From Octopus bimaculoides (Eukaryota): a stretch of DNA of 64,000 nt. The notes beneath the pieces are model-generated. The model saw only the letters and a program-made list of their open reading frames with translations. It was not told where the DNA came from and searched no databases. The stretch spans positions 308,061 through 372,060 of the forward strand of contig NC_069003.1 of the NCBI RefSeq assembly GCF_001194135.2, given 5' to 3'. Position numbers and translations under genes: made by a program. Positions within the stretch are counted from its first letter, which is position 1. Every line of letters starts with the position of its first letter. Positions 51,225 through 64,000 of the stretch are shown one piece after another.

Positions 51225-53089
51225 TGTATGTATATATATAGCAATGAGTGTAAATTTATATCTGAGTATATTTATCTTTCTCTAAAAATATATATGTAAT
51301 ATATATATATATATATTGATGTGTATACATTTTTACAGCATGCCTATTGAATAAGAATGAATATGAAGTGAAATGCTGAATGTAATCTGATGTTTAAAAT
51401 TTGAGCCTATTCTTTACTGAAAACCCAAAAGGGATCGCTCACACAGCCATCATGAGAATTAGTATAACTATTTTATTACAAGAAACTACAGTCACCCCCC
51501 CTCCCCCCTCAGCATCACAACTGTTACAACAACTGGCAATATTACTGCCATTGCCAATGACAACGATCTAGAATGGCAATAACACTAGCATTGCTACTAA
51601 AATTACCAAACACTATACATTCACTACCACAGTTACTCAAAGCCTAACACTATATTAACCACTGGAACACAAGAGACTTCCAGCCCTGCAAACATGATGG
51701 GAGTTAGCTGACCAGTTGCCACTAGTGGACTAATATATGCCTCTATTGTTCAAAGTATCTTCTATGCAGTATATACACCTACCTATGTACATATCTAACT
51801 ACCTGCCTACAAGTTTACCAACATAACTGCCTCACCCCCTAAATATATATATATCTCTACCTCCAGGTTTCCTCAATAGGACATCAATAAAGAGTATGAG
51901 GAGTTAAGTTCACTGATGGTCTAAACCAATAGGCATGTTGCATAAGTGCTATGATTGGTTAATCCTTTGGTTCCAATTTCACAGCTGAGTCTTTCTGGAC
52001 TGTAATATATATATATATATATANNNNNNNNNNNNNNNNNNNNNNNNNNNNNNNNNNNNNNNNNNNNNNNNNNNNNNNNNNNNNNNNNNNNNNNNNNNNN
52101 NNNNNNNNNNNNNNNNNNNNNNNNNNNNNNNNNNNNNNNNNNNNNNNNNNNNNNNNNNNNNNNNNNNNNNNNNNNNNNNNNNNNNNNNNNNNNNNNNNNN
52201 NNNNNNNNNNNNNNNNNNNNNNNNNNNNNNNNNNNNNNNNNNNNNNNNNNNNNNNNNNNNNNNNNNNNNNNNNNNNNNNNNNNNNNNNNNNNNNNNNNNN
52301 NNNNNNNNNNNNNNNNNNNNNNNNNNNNNNNNNNNNNNNNNNNNNNNNNNNNNNNNNNNNNNNATATATATATATATATGGTTATATATTGTTATATTTG
52401 CTTTCTGTGTGAGAAATAAACCCACTGGTCCCTAATCCTTGATGTTAATCCTACAGAATCTCCCTGTACAATATTTCTTTTATCCCAAATGCAAACACAC
52501 AATGAAACAATGGCCAAAACAGTGAAACAAATAAATGAAAATAAAAACTAAATATAAAAAAGTAACACATCTTAATCCCATGAAACCCTGCCTCCGGATA
52601 GCAAGGGAAAGAGATGAAAGCACAATGAAACAGAAGAATTCCTAATCAATCATGCAACATATAAAGAAAAGTTCATGCTTGGCCCCTAAAGATATCAACC
52701 AAAGAAGCAGACAACTGTTAATCAGAGACGTGTTGAGGGATTGAACTCAAGTGCAGCCTTCAGGCAAGAGATTAACTTCCCATCTCTATTAGTTTCTACC
52801 TTTGTCTCTTCCTCTTGTGCTTTGTCTACACCTGGCTGAGATTAAGAAGAGTATAAGCCTACTGTTGTACCAGATGTTGTGAGTTCATTTCTCCTCACTG
52901 GTACTCACTGGATATTAAGGGAGTAAGCTGTAATTGGAAAAAGAGAAGACTGCACTGGTACAGCATTGTGTGTATGGAGGATGGTACAGCTTTATAATGT
53001 GTATACAGAAGTGCTAGGTGCTTGAATTGAAAGGAACCTCTAGAAGAAGGAGACCCAAGAAGACATGAGGTTAAGTGGACTGATAAGGG

Positions 53090-53520
53090 GATACTGAGAC
53101 TCAAGATGACAAAGGGCTGAGAGGATGTCTCACCAGAAGCTTTTTGTTATCTGGTAAGTGAAATTAACAGAGTAGTGTGGTTGCTCTGAAAGTATAGAAC
53201 TCATGGTAAGAACAAGTTGGACAAAGTTCAGGGAGTTATCATGCTGCCGATGACAAAAGTCTTTTTTGCTCCAGATTGAAAAGCAGATTGTTCTGATGCA
53301 AGTTTTAGAACAGTAATGCTGTATAGCAGTGAGGTATGGACTTTGAATGCAAAAAAAGACTTGAGAAAACTAAAAAGAAATGAAACCAGCATGCTTCATT
53401 GGCTATGCAATGCAAGTGTGCAAGAAGAACAAAGTAGAAATGTGCCAGTCACTTAATGTAGATAAGAAGACTTTAGAAGACATGGGATGGAATGGTGAAA
53501 GCTGGGATCAGAGCCTTGGT
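53090..53520 (+). mobile_element. RTE-clade LINE RT C-terminal fragment
   Basis: FCYL..VRTSWTKFREL..FRTVMLYSSEVWTLN..KRNETSMLHWLCN (LYGSETW motif). Confidence 0.7.
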
Positions 53521-53637
53521 CCTTATAGAGGAGATTAGTAAAGGACAGGATGACTGATTATATGCAGTTCTCGAAAAGAGCAACTCAAAGCAGTAAAACT
53601 AAGATTCTGGAAACACAGTATGTCCTTTGATTAATTC

Positions 53638-53670
<33 letters not shown>

Positions 53671-54082
53671 NNNNNNNNNNTATATATATGTATATATACC
53701 TTTAGATATAGATAAATAGAAATATTTTTATACATAGATATACATACACACAAACACATACAGAAACAAAATGTTCTTAATAGTATATGAATACTACTAC
53801 TAATAATAGTGGTTTCAAATTTTGGCACAAGGCCAGCAATTTCGGGAGTTACATGTATATTTATTTATTAACCAAAATATATGTTATTACAAATGCATTC
53901 CAGTCAATCTTACCAATCGGTTTTGCACCAGATATTAGGTAACTGAATGTTTTTATAATAACTGTGCTCATCAGAGATAGCAGCTGCAGAAAAAAAGTAG
54001 TGATTGCTCTGTGACTAGAGGATGCTGCTGCTGGAGAAGATGATGGAATTTGTCAGGCATTGACTAGAACACTGTTTTGAAT

Positions 54083-54143
<61 letters not shown>

Positions 54144-54449
54144 TACACATGCATATGTATGCAAAAGGAATTAAACAAATATAAAGCAAATGAGAACTCA
54201 ACATTAATATACTGAGTATCATTATTTTATTTTTCTAAATATATATCTTCATTAATGGCTGGTTATTCAGACAAGATATTGCAACTGCTTGTTTCACCAT
54301 GAGGAGGCTATTCAGTGTGAAATAAAGCCAATTATTCACCATTTATATTGGATAATGAGATAATTGATTACACACGACATCTCCAGAAAAGCTGTGTCAT
54401 GCTGAAACGAACAATTGCTGTATAAAGATGGAATATCTAACAGGTAATA

Positions 54450-54490
<41 letters not shown>

Positions 54491-55189
54491 CACGCATGCA
54501 TGCACACACACACACACACACAGAGTGATTTATACATATTTTTATTGACCTATACACACACATATATGGTTATAAAGTTTGTTTACATATGTAAACACGA
54601 TTTGTATGAATTACACACTTTTATACTGACACAGAAGCCTACTTTAGGACTTATGTGCAGAAAAAAATTAACAATTATATTTTTCACCTGAGAATAAAAA
54701 AACTACATTTGTGTGTGTTTGTGTGGATATGAGAGAATGAAATACTTTACTATGAATATATGTACACAGATGAGGGAATACATGCACATGCTGGAGTATA
54801 CAAGGCTTTTTTGATTTATGTCTGTATATATATGAGTACATGAAACAAAGACTGCATGTCAATAAGCATGCATGTGGAAGTGCATCATCATCATCATCAT
54901 ATTTTATGCCTGATTTTCAATACTTGTATGGGTAGGATGGATTTCACAATGCTCCCACCACTTACAGTACTTTGTCATCTATCCTAGCAGAGTAAATTGG
55001 ACATCTTTGTTGCACTAGAAAGGTTGCCACTGACAAGATCAAAAGGGCCATAAGAAACTCTGCTTCTGTTTAGACCTGTTTTTGTAGAATCCTTTTCCTA
55101 TTACCAACTACTTTGTAATAGTTTACATTACTTAAAATGTATGCATGTGTGTGAAAATGTTTTATAGATATATTTATTCACACCGATAT

Positions 55190-55707
55190 ATATGAATTTA
55201 CATATATATATGTACCTTTACACTTTGCAAGGTCATTCAAAGTAGACCTTTACAATGCCATTCAAAGTAGACCTCACACATGGTTCCAACAGCTCATACC
55301 GCAAGAGAAACAATGCAGTTTTCACTACGGGCAATGTCAGCTGGTCTTCATGTTCTCCAGACTTGACCAGCCCAGATTTTTTTCTTGTAGGAATACCTGA
55401 AAGAGAGGGTTTACATCAACAAACCAGAGACCCTGGTGCAACCGAAGGAGAACAATAATAGAGAAAGGAGAGAAGTGGGGTCTGAAACTCTTGAAGGTGT
55501 TATTGTGCAAGGTGTGTGAAGCTGAAAATGGCTGCCATTTAAGCAAGGTCATTTTACATATGTGATATGGTGGTGTTGCAAAATTTGACTCGTGCATATT
55601 AATTTCCATTATGCCCTTTATATTGGATCAAAATTTCATGCATTTATCTGTAAAGTTAAGGAAGTTATCAAAAATTGAAACTCATCAGTGACGTTTGGGA
55701 CACCCTG
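55190..55707 (+). mobile_element. Tc1/maT transposase 3' remnant with right TIR
   Basis: WSSCSPDLTSPDFFL then EYLKERVYINKPETL (WPxxSPDL motif). Ends ..gggacaccctg, the complement of a CAGGGTG TIR end. Confidence 0.75.
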
Positions 55708-55829
55708 TGTATATATTAACTGTTTGACTGAGATTGATATGACTTAAATCTGTTTTAGGCGTCTGGGATGTGCCCATCTTGTCAGAAACTGAAGGAAGAG
55801 TAATGGATTGGAGACAAATTTAAGATGGC

Positions 55830-56290
55830 TTCTTGGTCCATGAGGATTCCTACTGGGTAAAGAGGAAGGCAAACCCTTAATTCAATATGTCTATGGGAAG
55901 CTACGATGGGGCTGAGATTACTGGCCTTGTTGGATTGTTTATCCTGGATATTCTAAAGAAATGCACCTCCCTCCCCCATAAAGCTGTGCTCTTTCTATAA
56001 ATGATGATCAGGCCAGTTCAAGTCAAAGAAATGGCCATGCCATGGACAAGTTCAAGAAGAATTTGATAAAGATTTTCAAAGAATTCAACCTATCTATAAC
56101 ATTTCCCACCAATATGATGAAGTCAACTTCCTGGATGTAACCCTAAACTTGAAGACAAATATTGCCCTTACAGAAAACCCAACAAGGAAACTGTTTACAT
56201 CTACTGAAATTCCACCCATTATCCAGCTGTAATTAGAAATCTAGTCACAGACATAAATACAAAAAATCTCCCAGCTAACATCCTGTCAGA
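55830..56290 (+). mobile_element. Penelope-like RT fragment
   Basis: FNMSMGSYDGAEITGLVGLFILDIL, MDKFKKNLIKIFKEFNLSIT, VNFLDVTLNL, PYRKPNKETVYI. Confidence 0.8.
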
Positions 56291-56579
56291 GCATATGGAC
56301 TTTAAGAATAAAGAAAGGATGTCACATCACTTTCATATCATCAAAACTACTTGATCTGAGCTGACTGATAGAGGTCCAACATTTAGTAGCTATCTTGAAT
56401 TTGTCTCAAATCCATTACTTTCTTCTAATTTCCAATGAAATGGATTCATTTTTTGTGCTCTCGGAACTTTAAGTCAAACAGATGCGAGTCAAACTGTTAA
56501 TAAAACATATATGCAACTCCTACCAAATGTTTCTTTTGTTTGTCCATTCATTCGTATACATATGTGTGTATGCACACGT

Positions 56580-56639
<60 letters not shown>

Positions 56640-56869
56640 TGGTGTGCACACATGTTTACAAGAATTTAAATCAAGAGAAAAACAAACTAAAAAAACCTGC
56701 ATGAAATAATATAAACAAAGGAAAAACAAAACAAAAAACAATAACAAAAATAAAAAATAAATGTGTGATATTAAAGTGGCATTGGTTGTGTTTTGTGAAG
56801 CTGGTTGGATAAGTGTGGGAGTTAGTTTTGAGGTGAGGTAGAGAGTATTTTAGGGGGCTGTGTGTAAAA

Positions 56870-57060
56870 TATGCAGCGATGGAAATAGTTCCGCTTTAGC
56901 CTTAGGTCAACCATACAGCACACTTACAACTTTGCAGTCATGAAAATTTTTTCTTCTTGTGTTTATATGACAGCATTATCCACTGCCCTTCTTGTATGAG
57001 CATGGTTTGTGGGCTGTGATGGAATCTTTCAGCTATTCCCAGTAGACCAGGTAATTATGA
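56870..57060 (-). mobile_element. Possible Penelope endonuclease C-terminal remnant
   Basis: Minus strand reads AHKPCSYKKGSG and, across frameshifts, ELF.HRCI. This resembles the PY..G...C.LC..EK and LN.R.EL...C.H end of PLE GIY-YIG domains. Confidence 0.4.
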
Positions 57061-57771
57061 AGAAGAAATGTGAAAGAAGTTGGCTACGAGTAATGGAATC
57101 ACTTTCTATACCATTAGAGGGTCCTAAATGATGATACACCTTTTAAATTGTAGTTTCAACCACTTACTACATTGTCCTCTGTTCCTCTCTCTTCTCTGCC
57201 TCATCAGACACACTTGTTTCTTGCCTTCTTGTCACACACACACACACACACATTCTGTCTCATTTCCCTAAACTCTGCACTAAACACTCACCCCTTCCTA
57301 GAACTACTCTGCTGGAAGAGCTCCATCCCAGCCACAACTGATTGAAATTATTTCAACCTGAACTGACATCAGTTTATTGATTCCTGACCTTGGTGGAGGA
57401 TAATGCAAAGTTATGAACACTACAGCTTCACTTCTGATTAAAGAAACAAAAAAAAATGAAATGTTTAGTAGATGAGAATCAAAACTCTTCCTGGATAGGA
57501 TGCCAGTTTATTGCTCTTTTCAGATTACCTGGTGGTACCTAGGTGAACTGAGGTGCTGTAAAGTAATGTGTTCTGTCTAGAAACACAGAAGTATATTTCA
57601 ACAAAGTAATTCTTTTGATATCTTATTTACTTGACTCTCTCCTTACTTCCCTCCCTAACTAAAAAGTAGGGAAGTAAGACGAGATCCTATGGTTGCCTTT
57701 GAACCAAATAATGAGACCAAGGAAAGAACTGACTGAATTTTAGATGCTATTGTTTAGAGGCAGATCAACTC

Positions 57772-58188
57772 TGACCATGCAGACTGATGACCATGCAGAC
57801 TGATGACCATGCAGACTGATGATCATGCAGACTGATGATCATGCAGACTGATGATCATGCAGACTGATGATCATGCAGACTGATGACCATGCAGACTGAT
57901 GATNNNNNNNNNNNNNNNNNNNNNNNNNNNNNNNNNNNNNNNNNNNNNNNNNNNNNNNNNNNNNNNNNNNNNNNNNNNNNNNNNNNNNNNNNNNNNNNNN
58001 NNNNNNNNNNNNNNNNNNNNNNNNNNNNNNNNNNNNNNNNNNNNNNNNNNNNNCTGACCATGCAGACTGATGACCATGCAGACTGATGACCATGCAGACT
58101 GATGATCATGCAGACTGATGATCATGCAGACTGATGATCATGCAGACTGATGATCATGCAGACTGATGACCATGCAGACTGATGATCA
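57772..58188. repeat. 16-bp minisatellite (CTGATGA[C/T]CATGCAGA)n, with an internal gap
   Basis: About 8 units on each side of N 57904-58053. A C/T variant alternates in blocks. Confidence 0.95.
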
Positions 58189-59118
58189 TTCCAGCTGTGA
58201 CGAAAAACTCTTCAAAGATCATTTTGTATCTAAGACCATACTGAATCTGTCCTTCATTTAAGTCGGCAATGATGTTGAATTGAGGAAGATTTGGTTGCTA
58301 TTTCTAACAGATTAAGTGATTTTTAAATAGTTTCCTCATTGGCTGTACCTCAGTTTATTAGACAAAGTGGATGGCTAATATCAAGAGAAGTCGGGTGAAT
58401 ATTTGAAACAGAAGAAGGAAGTGGGGATGACACTGGCATAGCAGTAGTGGGGGGAGGGGGAAGGTATTCTGATCGAAATAGAAATGTTGGTAGTGATAGC
58501 CAGAGAGGAAGATTAGTTGAGAAGATAGCAGCTGTGCTTGTGATGGCAGAGATGGCAGCACTTGTAATGTTATTAATAGTGGAGGTTACTAATGGTTATT
58601 ATAAGCTATGGTGATGGTTCAAATGTTAGTGGAGTAAGATGGTGCTGATAATCGTAGGAGTGTTTAAAGTGGTGGTAAAATGGTGGTCATAGTGATGGCG
58701 GTAGTAGGAGTGGTAGCAGTTGTAGTGTTAGTAATTGTGGTAACAGTAGCAGTAATAATGTCAGGGTGATAGTGCTAATATTAGTAGAGGTGGTAGAGGT
58801 GATAGTGGTAGTAGTGTCGTTCCAAAAATAAGATAAAACATACAGTAGGTGAGGTTTCTGTACTGGTAAGGTTTTCTTCAGTCTAGAAGAGGAAGAAGAA
58901 AAAAAGAACAAAAACATTTAGAGGAACACATCATCAGAACTAGAAGAAGAAAAAACGGAGATGTATATCTGCATGTCTCTGTATAAGAGTACATGCATAC
59001 ATACATATATCATTACATGCACACATATAAACGTATATACACACACACACACACAATTATATATATATACACACACACAGATAAATATACAGATACTTAT
59101 ACATTTAAATTTGTGTGC

Positions 59119-59172
<54 letters not shown>

Positions 59173-59829
59173 GTATATACATAAATATAAATGTATATAC
59201 ATATAACACATGTATACACAAATATGCATACATACATACATACATACATACATACACTCATATATAACAAGCATATCATTATATATGTATATGTGTGTAT
59301 ATACATATGTATAGATATGTATATATATGTATGCATTGTGATGCTGGGTTGTTAAGTCTGTACCAAAGACCACCCTTATACACTGGGATAAAGAAATAAT
59401 ATCATTATTGGTTCAAAAATATATCAAAGTTCCTGGATGTAAGAACATCAGCTGCTAGTTTTGAATACAAAAAACGATCGACTCATATTGCGTTGTTAGC
59501 CCTGTCCGTGAAGTTGCATATATTTTGTTCTGAAAGAAATTATATTCTTGTGCATTTTTGGTTGGAGGTGGAATATCTCTGTCAGTCTGCCTTTTGGAAG
59601 TTACTTCCCTTGTCACCTGTTTGCATGCACTACGTTTTTTTGGGAGTTATCTCCCTTGACATGTTCTGCATGCTTGCGGAATCGAGCTACACACACGCAA
59701 ATACACACACACACACACACACACAAATATACACACACCCATATGGCGACAGAGGAGACAAGACCGAGAGATGAGAAGCAGAGGGAGAAAATTTTGATGA
59801 GGAATAAAACATCCTCAATATTTCAGAGA

Positions 59830-60160
59830 AGAATATCTGAAAGTATATAACCTGGATAAGGAATTAAAAAAATGAATGGAATCTGTAAACGAGCTATGTG
59901 GAGCAAAAGAGTTGATAGCATAAGGAGCGTTTTAAGGTCTATGAGATGGGAGTCCAGACCATAGAACCAAATTTTCTCCTGCAGAGTGAATATCTGTTTG
60001 TTTGTGCTGTATCCAGGATTGAAGCCAAACTGAAACAATATAATCTCCATTTCAACAGCACTTTGTTCAGGAAAGTCTCTGAATTTGAATGCAATTGTGC
60101 TGCCTGCCCTGCATATTCGTTTCTCAAACCATCATCAACCAAAGGGCTTATCATTTTAAG
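59830..60160 (-). mobile_element. RTE-clade LINE RT fragment
   Basis: FLNKVLLKWRL, then QFGFNPGYSTNKQIFTL..SHLIDLK (QxGFRxGRSTxDQIFTL motif). Confidence 0.6.
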
Positions 60161-61739
60161 CTGAAAGTTGCACTGGACTTAACCGGTTTTATGAGTTCTA
60201 CCTGCTGCAGATAGTTTCAGGTTGCAGACAACTCTGCCCCTCTCTTTACATCGATGTCTCAGTGCTTTCTACTGGGTACAGTTCCAGTGTGGCTCTGTGA
60301 CTTTTTGGTAAATCCATTTTGATGTCTCCTGATTACATGTCACATTTCCTTCTCCCCACCTTTGCCTACTCACCCCTACTGTGATACAAAATGACAATTA
60401 GTCACAGATCATATCCAGGTTGTCTTATTATTACTCTTGCAATTCTTTGGCCCACGTTCTTGGGCACAAATGCACAGTGGGACTGATGTCCTAAAGAGCT
60501 TGTTATATTACTTGGCATGAGGGCTAATTTAGTTCACTTCCATTCTCTTAGAAGCAGAGATATATAATTTTTATCTTTGCACTTTCCTAGATTATTTCTT
60601 GTAACAAAGAGATGCCGTTTTACAAATTCTCTCAACTACATTTTTTTTCTTGTAACAGTGACAGGGTTGAAAATTCTGTTTGTCCATTTTGTGTTAAGGG
60701 AAGGTTTATATAAATAAACAAATTTGATTGTATGTAAGCGGGGCGGGGTCATTGCTGTTGTCATTTTTACTACTATTGCTATTTTCTAAACTATCGATTT
60801 GAGTGTTTATGATACTTTTATCTATTTATTGTTCTCTAAAGTGTTAAGTATCTCCTTTTTGTACATTCAGTTGTGTGTTTTCATTTGTGTGAGTGTGTGA
60901 GTGTGTGTGTATTGCCACTGCAATGTCTATTTGTGTAGTATAAGTATATGTGTATGTATATATTGCCATTTTAGTTGAAAATAGCAATACATATACAACA
61001 TCAATTCCAGCTCTGTTAATTAAGAGTGGAAAAGCCTCAAACCCAGAACCTGATGAGCCTGAGCCCTCCTCTTTCAAAACCCTTGTACCATTTCCTTATT
61101 TTGTGACAATGGGGACATGATGGAATGTGGAAAGAGTAGGGATTTCTGGGGGAAAAAAGGTGGGAGATCGGCAGAGAAAGAAAGGTAGGCCTGAGATAAA
61201 GGCATGTAAAAGGCAAGAAGAGAATAACGTTAACGACAAAAATGATATCAAATTTACTTTTGTTTGAAAGTTGAACAGTACCTCATGAATAAATTATGCA
61301 TATGTAATACCATGGATATGATTCCAATGTATAAATTGCCAAAATCAAATTAGGGTGGGAATGATAGAATTTTGGTAAAAATAAAACATGAGCTAAATCA
61401 GGAATATCTGGAAGATGGATTTTTTTTTTTTTTTTTTTTGTCATGTACAAGCAAAAGTTATGAAGAAGTCCTTTTGGGTGCACCAAGTCTCATTATGAAC
61501 AGTAATCGGCTGGCAGTGAAATGCAATGTTTTTCATGTTTTATCTTTTATTTTTAATTGTGTATTTTCTGTAATCTTTCAATTATTCTAGGTAATAATTT
61601 TTTTTAATAAATTTTTAAGCTTATTTACACATCTATTGTATAACGTCTCTTTACATTTTTTCTGTATTACTTTGAATTCTTGTGGCTAATAAAAAATTGT
61701 TTCTATTATTATAATTATTATATGATAGACTAAATGTCT

Positions 61740-62075
61740 GAAACTAGTTTTGATCTTCCGTATTTCAGAGTCCAAATTCCATCATGTAATGAAATGATCT
61801 CTACTCCCAAATTTGTTGCCTTGGGCCAATGTAATGAATCATAAATAATAATGATGCTTTCTAATTCTGGTACAAAATCAGCAGTTTTGAAGGCAGGGTG
61901 TTAGTTGATACGATCAACAGCAGTACTTGAGGGGTTCTTTATTTTATCAACTCTAAAATGATGAGAGGCAAAGGTGACGTCGGTGGGATTTGAACTCAGA
62001 ATATAAAGAGAGGCAAAAGAAATGCCAAAACATTTTCCAACACTAACAATTCAGCCAGCTTACCACCTTAATCAT
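61740..62075. mobile_element. Two family-B SINEs in tail-to-tail inverted arrangement
   Basis: A deleted plus copy (~61740-61850) and a minus copy (~61855-62075) meet at a short (AAT)n tract. Confidence 0.6.
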
Positions 62076-62589
62076 TATAATAATAATGATAATTATGATG
62101 ATGGTCTTGTGCCAGTGCTGGAGACCTAAATTATTGCTGTTCTTAAACTGATTGATTTAAAGTCAGCAACAAAAATGAACGATAAAAATACAGATAAGAA
62201 AAACAATAAAAACAACAACAGCTCCCTCACTCAAAAATTTAATTCTTATTTTCATTGGAAGATCTGCAAGAATAATAAAAGTTGTATTGCAGGCACTGAT
62301 TTGAAGCAGCAATTGCTTTATAATCCCCCTCTGTCGGCAGCCATAAATAAACAACAGAGTGGAGCCGTGTGAAATGGTGGTTGTAGGTGTCAGGAAGGGG
62401 TGAGTATTTGTATTTGTGGTCAGTAGAGGCAGCACTGTACACGATGAATTGTTTCTGTAAGTGGACAAGTGTGGAGTTGTTTGGTGGGATGAATGTGTTG
62501 GGATGAATACAACAGCTATCCTCATATAAACAACTATTTAGCCTCACTAACAAGAACTACAGAAATAACCATTACCATATCAACATTTA

Positions 62590-62950
62590 TTACTCTTTGA
62601 GGATCTGCTTCCATGTAAAGGTATTCCATTCCTCACCATTCTGACCACGCCAACTATTGAGTGACTTAACTCCATAACTGTCAACTTCTCAAAGATGTCA
62701 AAATCAGTTGTAAATAACATCCAACTAATTTCATCACTAGTCTTGCTCCATTCTTAGTGACCACCATGACTTTTTCTCAAAGGTTAGATCTGTAAAAGAT
62801 TTACTCTTTCTACATCATGCATCAGTAGTCTTTTACAATTGAAGATTGCAAACAAAACAATGCTGCTGTCTGAAAACCAGCAAAGCCTTTGACCTCTGTC
62901 CAGCATGAAAATCTCCAACACAATTTACCTAATTTTCCATCTGTCTTGCA
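62590..62950 (+). mobile_element. Degraded non-LTR RT fragment (Jockey/I/CR1 group)
   Basis: cagcaaagcctttgacc (SKAFD) followed by VQHENLQHNLPNF, resembling KAFDxVWHxxLLxKL. Confidence 0.45.
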
Positions 62951-63564
62951 AGACAGCAGTGTTGTAGTGCGTATAGAGTCACTGGTTATGTCATCCTCAT
63001 GGGAAGAACGTACAGAATTAGTATTTATTTTAGGATTTGGATTTTGCCATGTATTTTATGTGTGTCTTCTTACATGTATAATGGATTATATTTTCACATA
63101 CTTTACATAGACTATTGATTATTGTATTGCTACAAATTAATATATGTTGAGAGATAAATTTAGAAATATTTGTATTAAGCACTTACTCCCAAAAGAGACA
63201 TATTTATATATATATAAATAACAATACATGTATAGAACAGCTGAATACAACAATTTCATATTTATTCTTTTGAGATTTATTATAAGAAAGATTTCACAAA
63301 AAATGTTCAGAGGTAAAATTTCAGCATGAAATTATATGTCCATGCAGTTGGTGACATGGAAAAGTTAAAACTGAACACATAACATATAATCGCTATTTCT
63401 TGTCCTAGCATGATGATTGTAAGACATTGCCAGAAATCCATGGCATAAAAATATTATGATTGTATTTCTACATTTATATTAGATTACTTTCAACACATTC
63501 TACATACATAAGTATTGATAATTTTGTTTAGAACATTTAGAAATATGCACAAACACACACACAC

Positions 63565-63607
<43 letters not shown>

Positions 63608-63675
63608 TATGCACAAACACAAACACACAGACACACTCTTATGCGCACACACAGATATACAGACACACAAATACA

Positions 63676-63711
<36 letters not shown>

Positions 63712-64000
63712 TATGCGCACACACAGATATACAGACACACAGATACACAAACACACACACACACACACACACACTAGTTGTTCAATGTTTGAAAAAGGAG
63801 AATGAAGCATGAGGAGATGAAGAGAAGGGTAAGAAAGAATGAACCTGTGGAAAATGAGGGAGTGTTGTTTTTTATGTGTGTGGTTTGTGGGAGGAAATAC
63901 TGGGGTCCTGCAGGCCTGGTCGACCACCAGAGAACTCACAGGAATCAACCCCTTGTAAATTGTTGATACGGATATTGTTCACAACAGAACATGTGCAACA

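Noticed and set aside
52717-52776. Degenerate hammerhead on the minus strand (CTGAAGG...AACACGTC inside a GTTAATC/GATTAAC inverted repeat)
   Set aside because: Core positions A9 and GAAA are mutated and stem I does not pair next to the core. At best a dead relic.
54680-54700. Recursive splice site ttttattctcag|GTGAAA on the minus strand
   Set aside because: Good acceptor but poor donor (+5 is not G), expected by chance in AT-rich introns.
58170-58235. Hammerhead ribozyme (CTGATGA...GAAA at the end of the minisatellite)
   Set aside because: Stem II lacks the closing pair next to the core, and no stem III/UH cleavage site or stem I can be built.

Overview
AT-rich, microsatellite-saturated animal genomic DNA with nine N-gaps. 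The SINE families and repeat landscape point to an octopus/coleoid cephalopod (inference). The one supportable host gene is a couch potato (cpo)/RBPMS-family RRM gene on the minus strand. Five coding exons (39469-39546, 24016-24069, 19506-19568, 6710-6848, 5475-5617) join through canonical GT-AG sites into one open frame: [159 protein letters not shown]. Three of these exons are too short for the ORF track. The rest of the window is intron or flank, filled with decayed transposons (Penelope, Gypsy, CR1, RTE, Tx1/L1, mariner, maT/Tc1, four SINE-like families) and simple or minisatellite repeats. Most ORF-track entries are repeat or gap artefacts. I found no prokaryote-type system or clearly novel multigene system. 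The best leads are isoform-control signals of the cpo gene (candidate MDGIQ start exon with a start-stop uORF, triple in-frame donor, NAGNAG acceptor, AG|GTGAG site), a minisatellite born inside a SINE, and inverted repeats that could form pre-mRNA dsRNA. All family assignments come from manual motif reading, not database searches.
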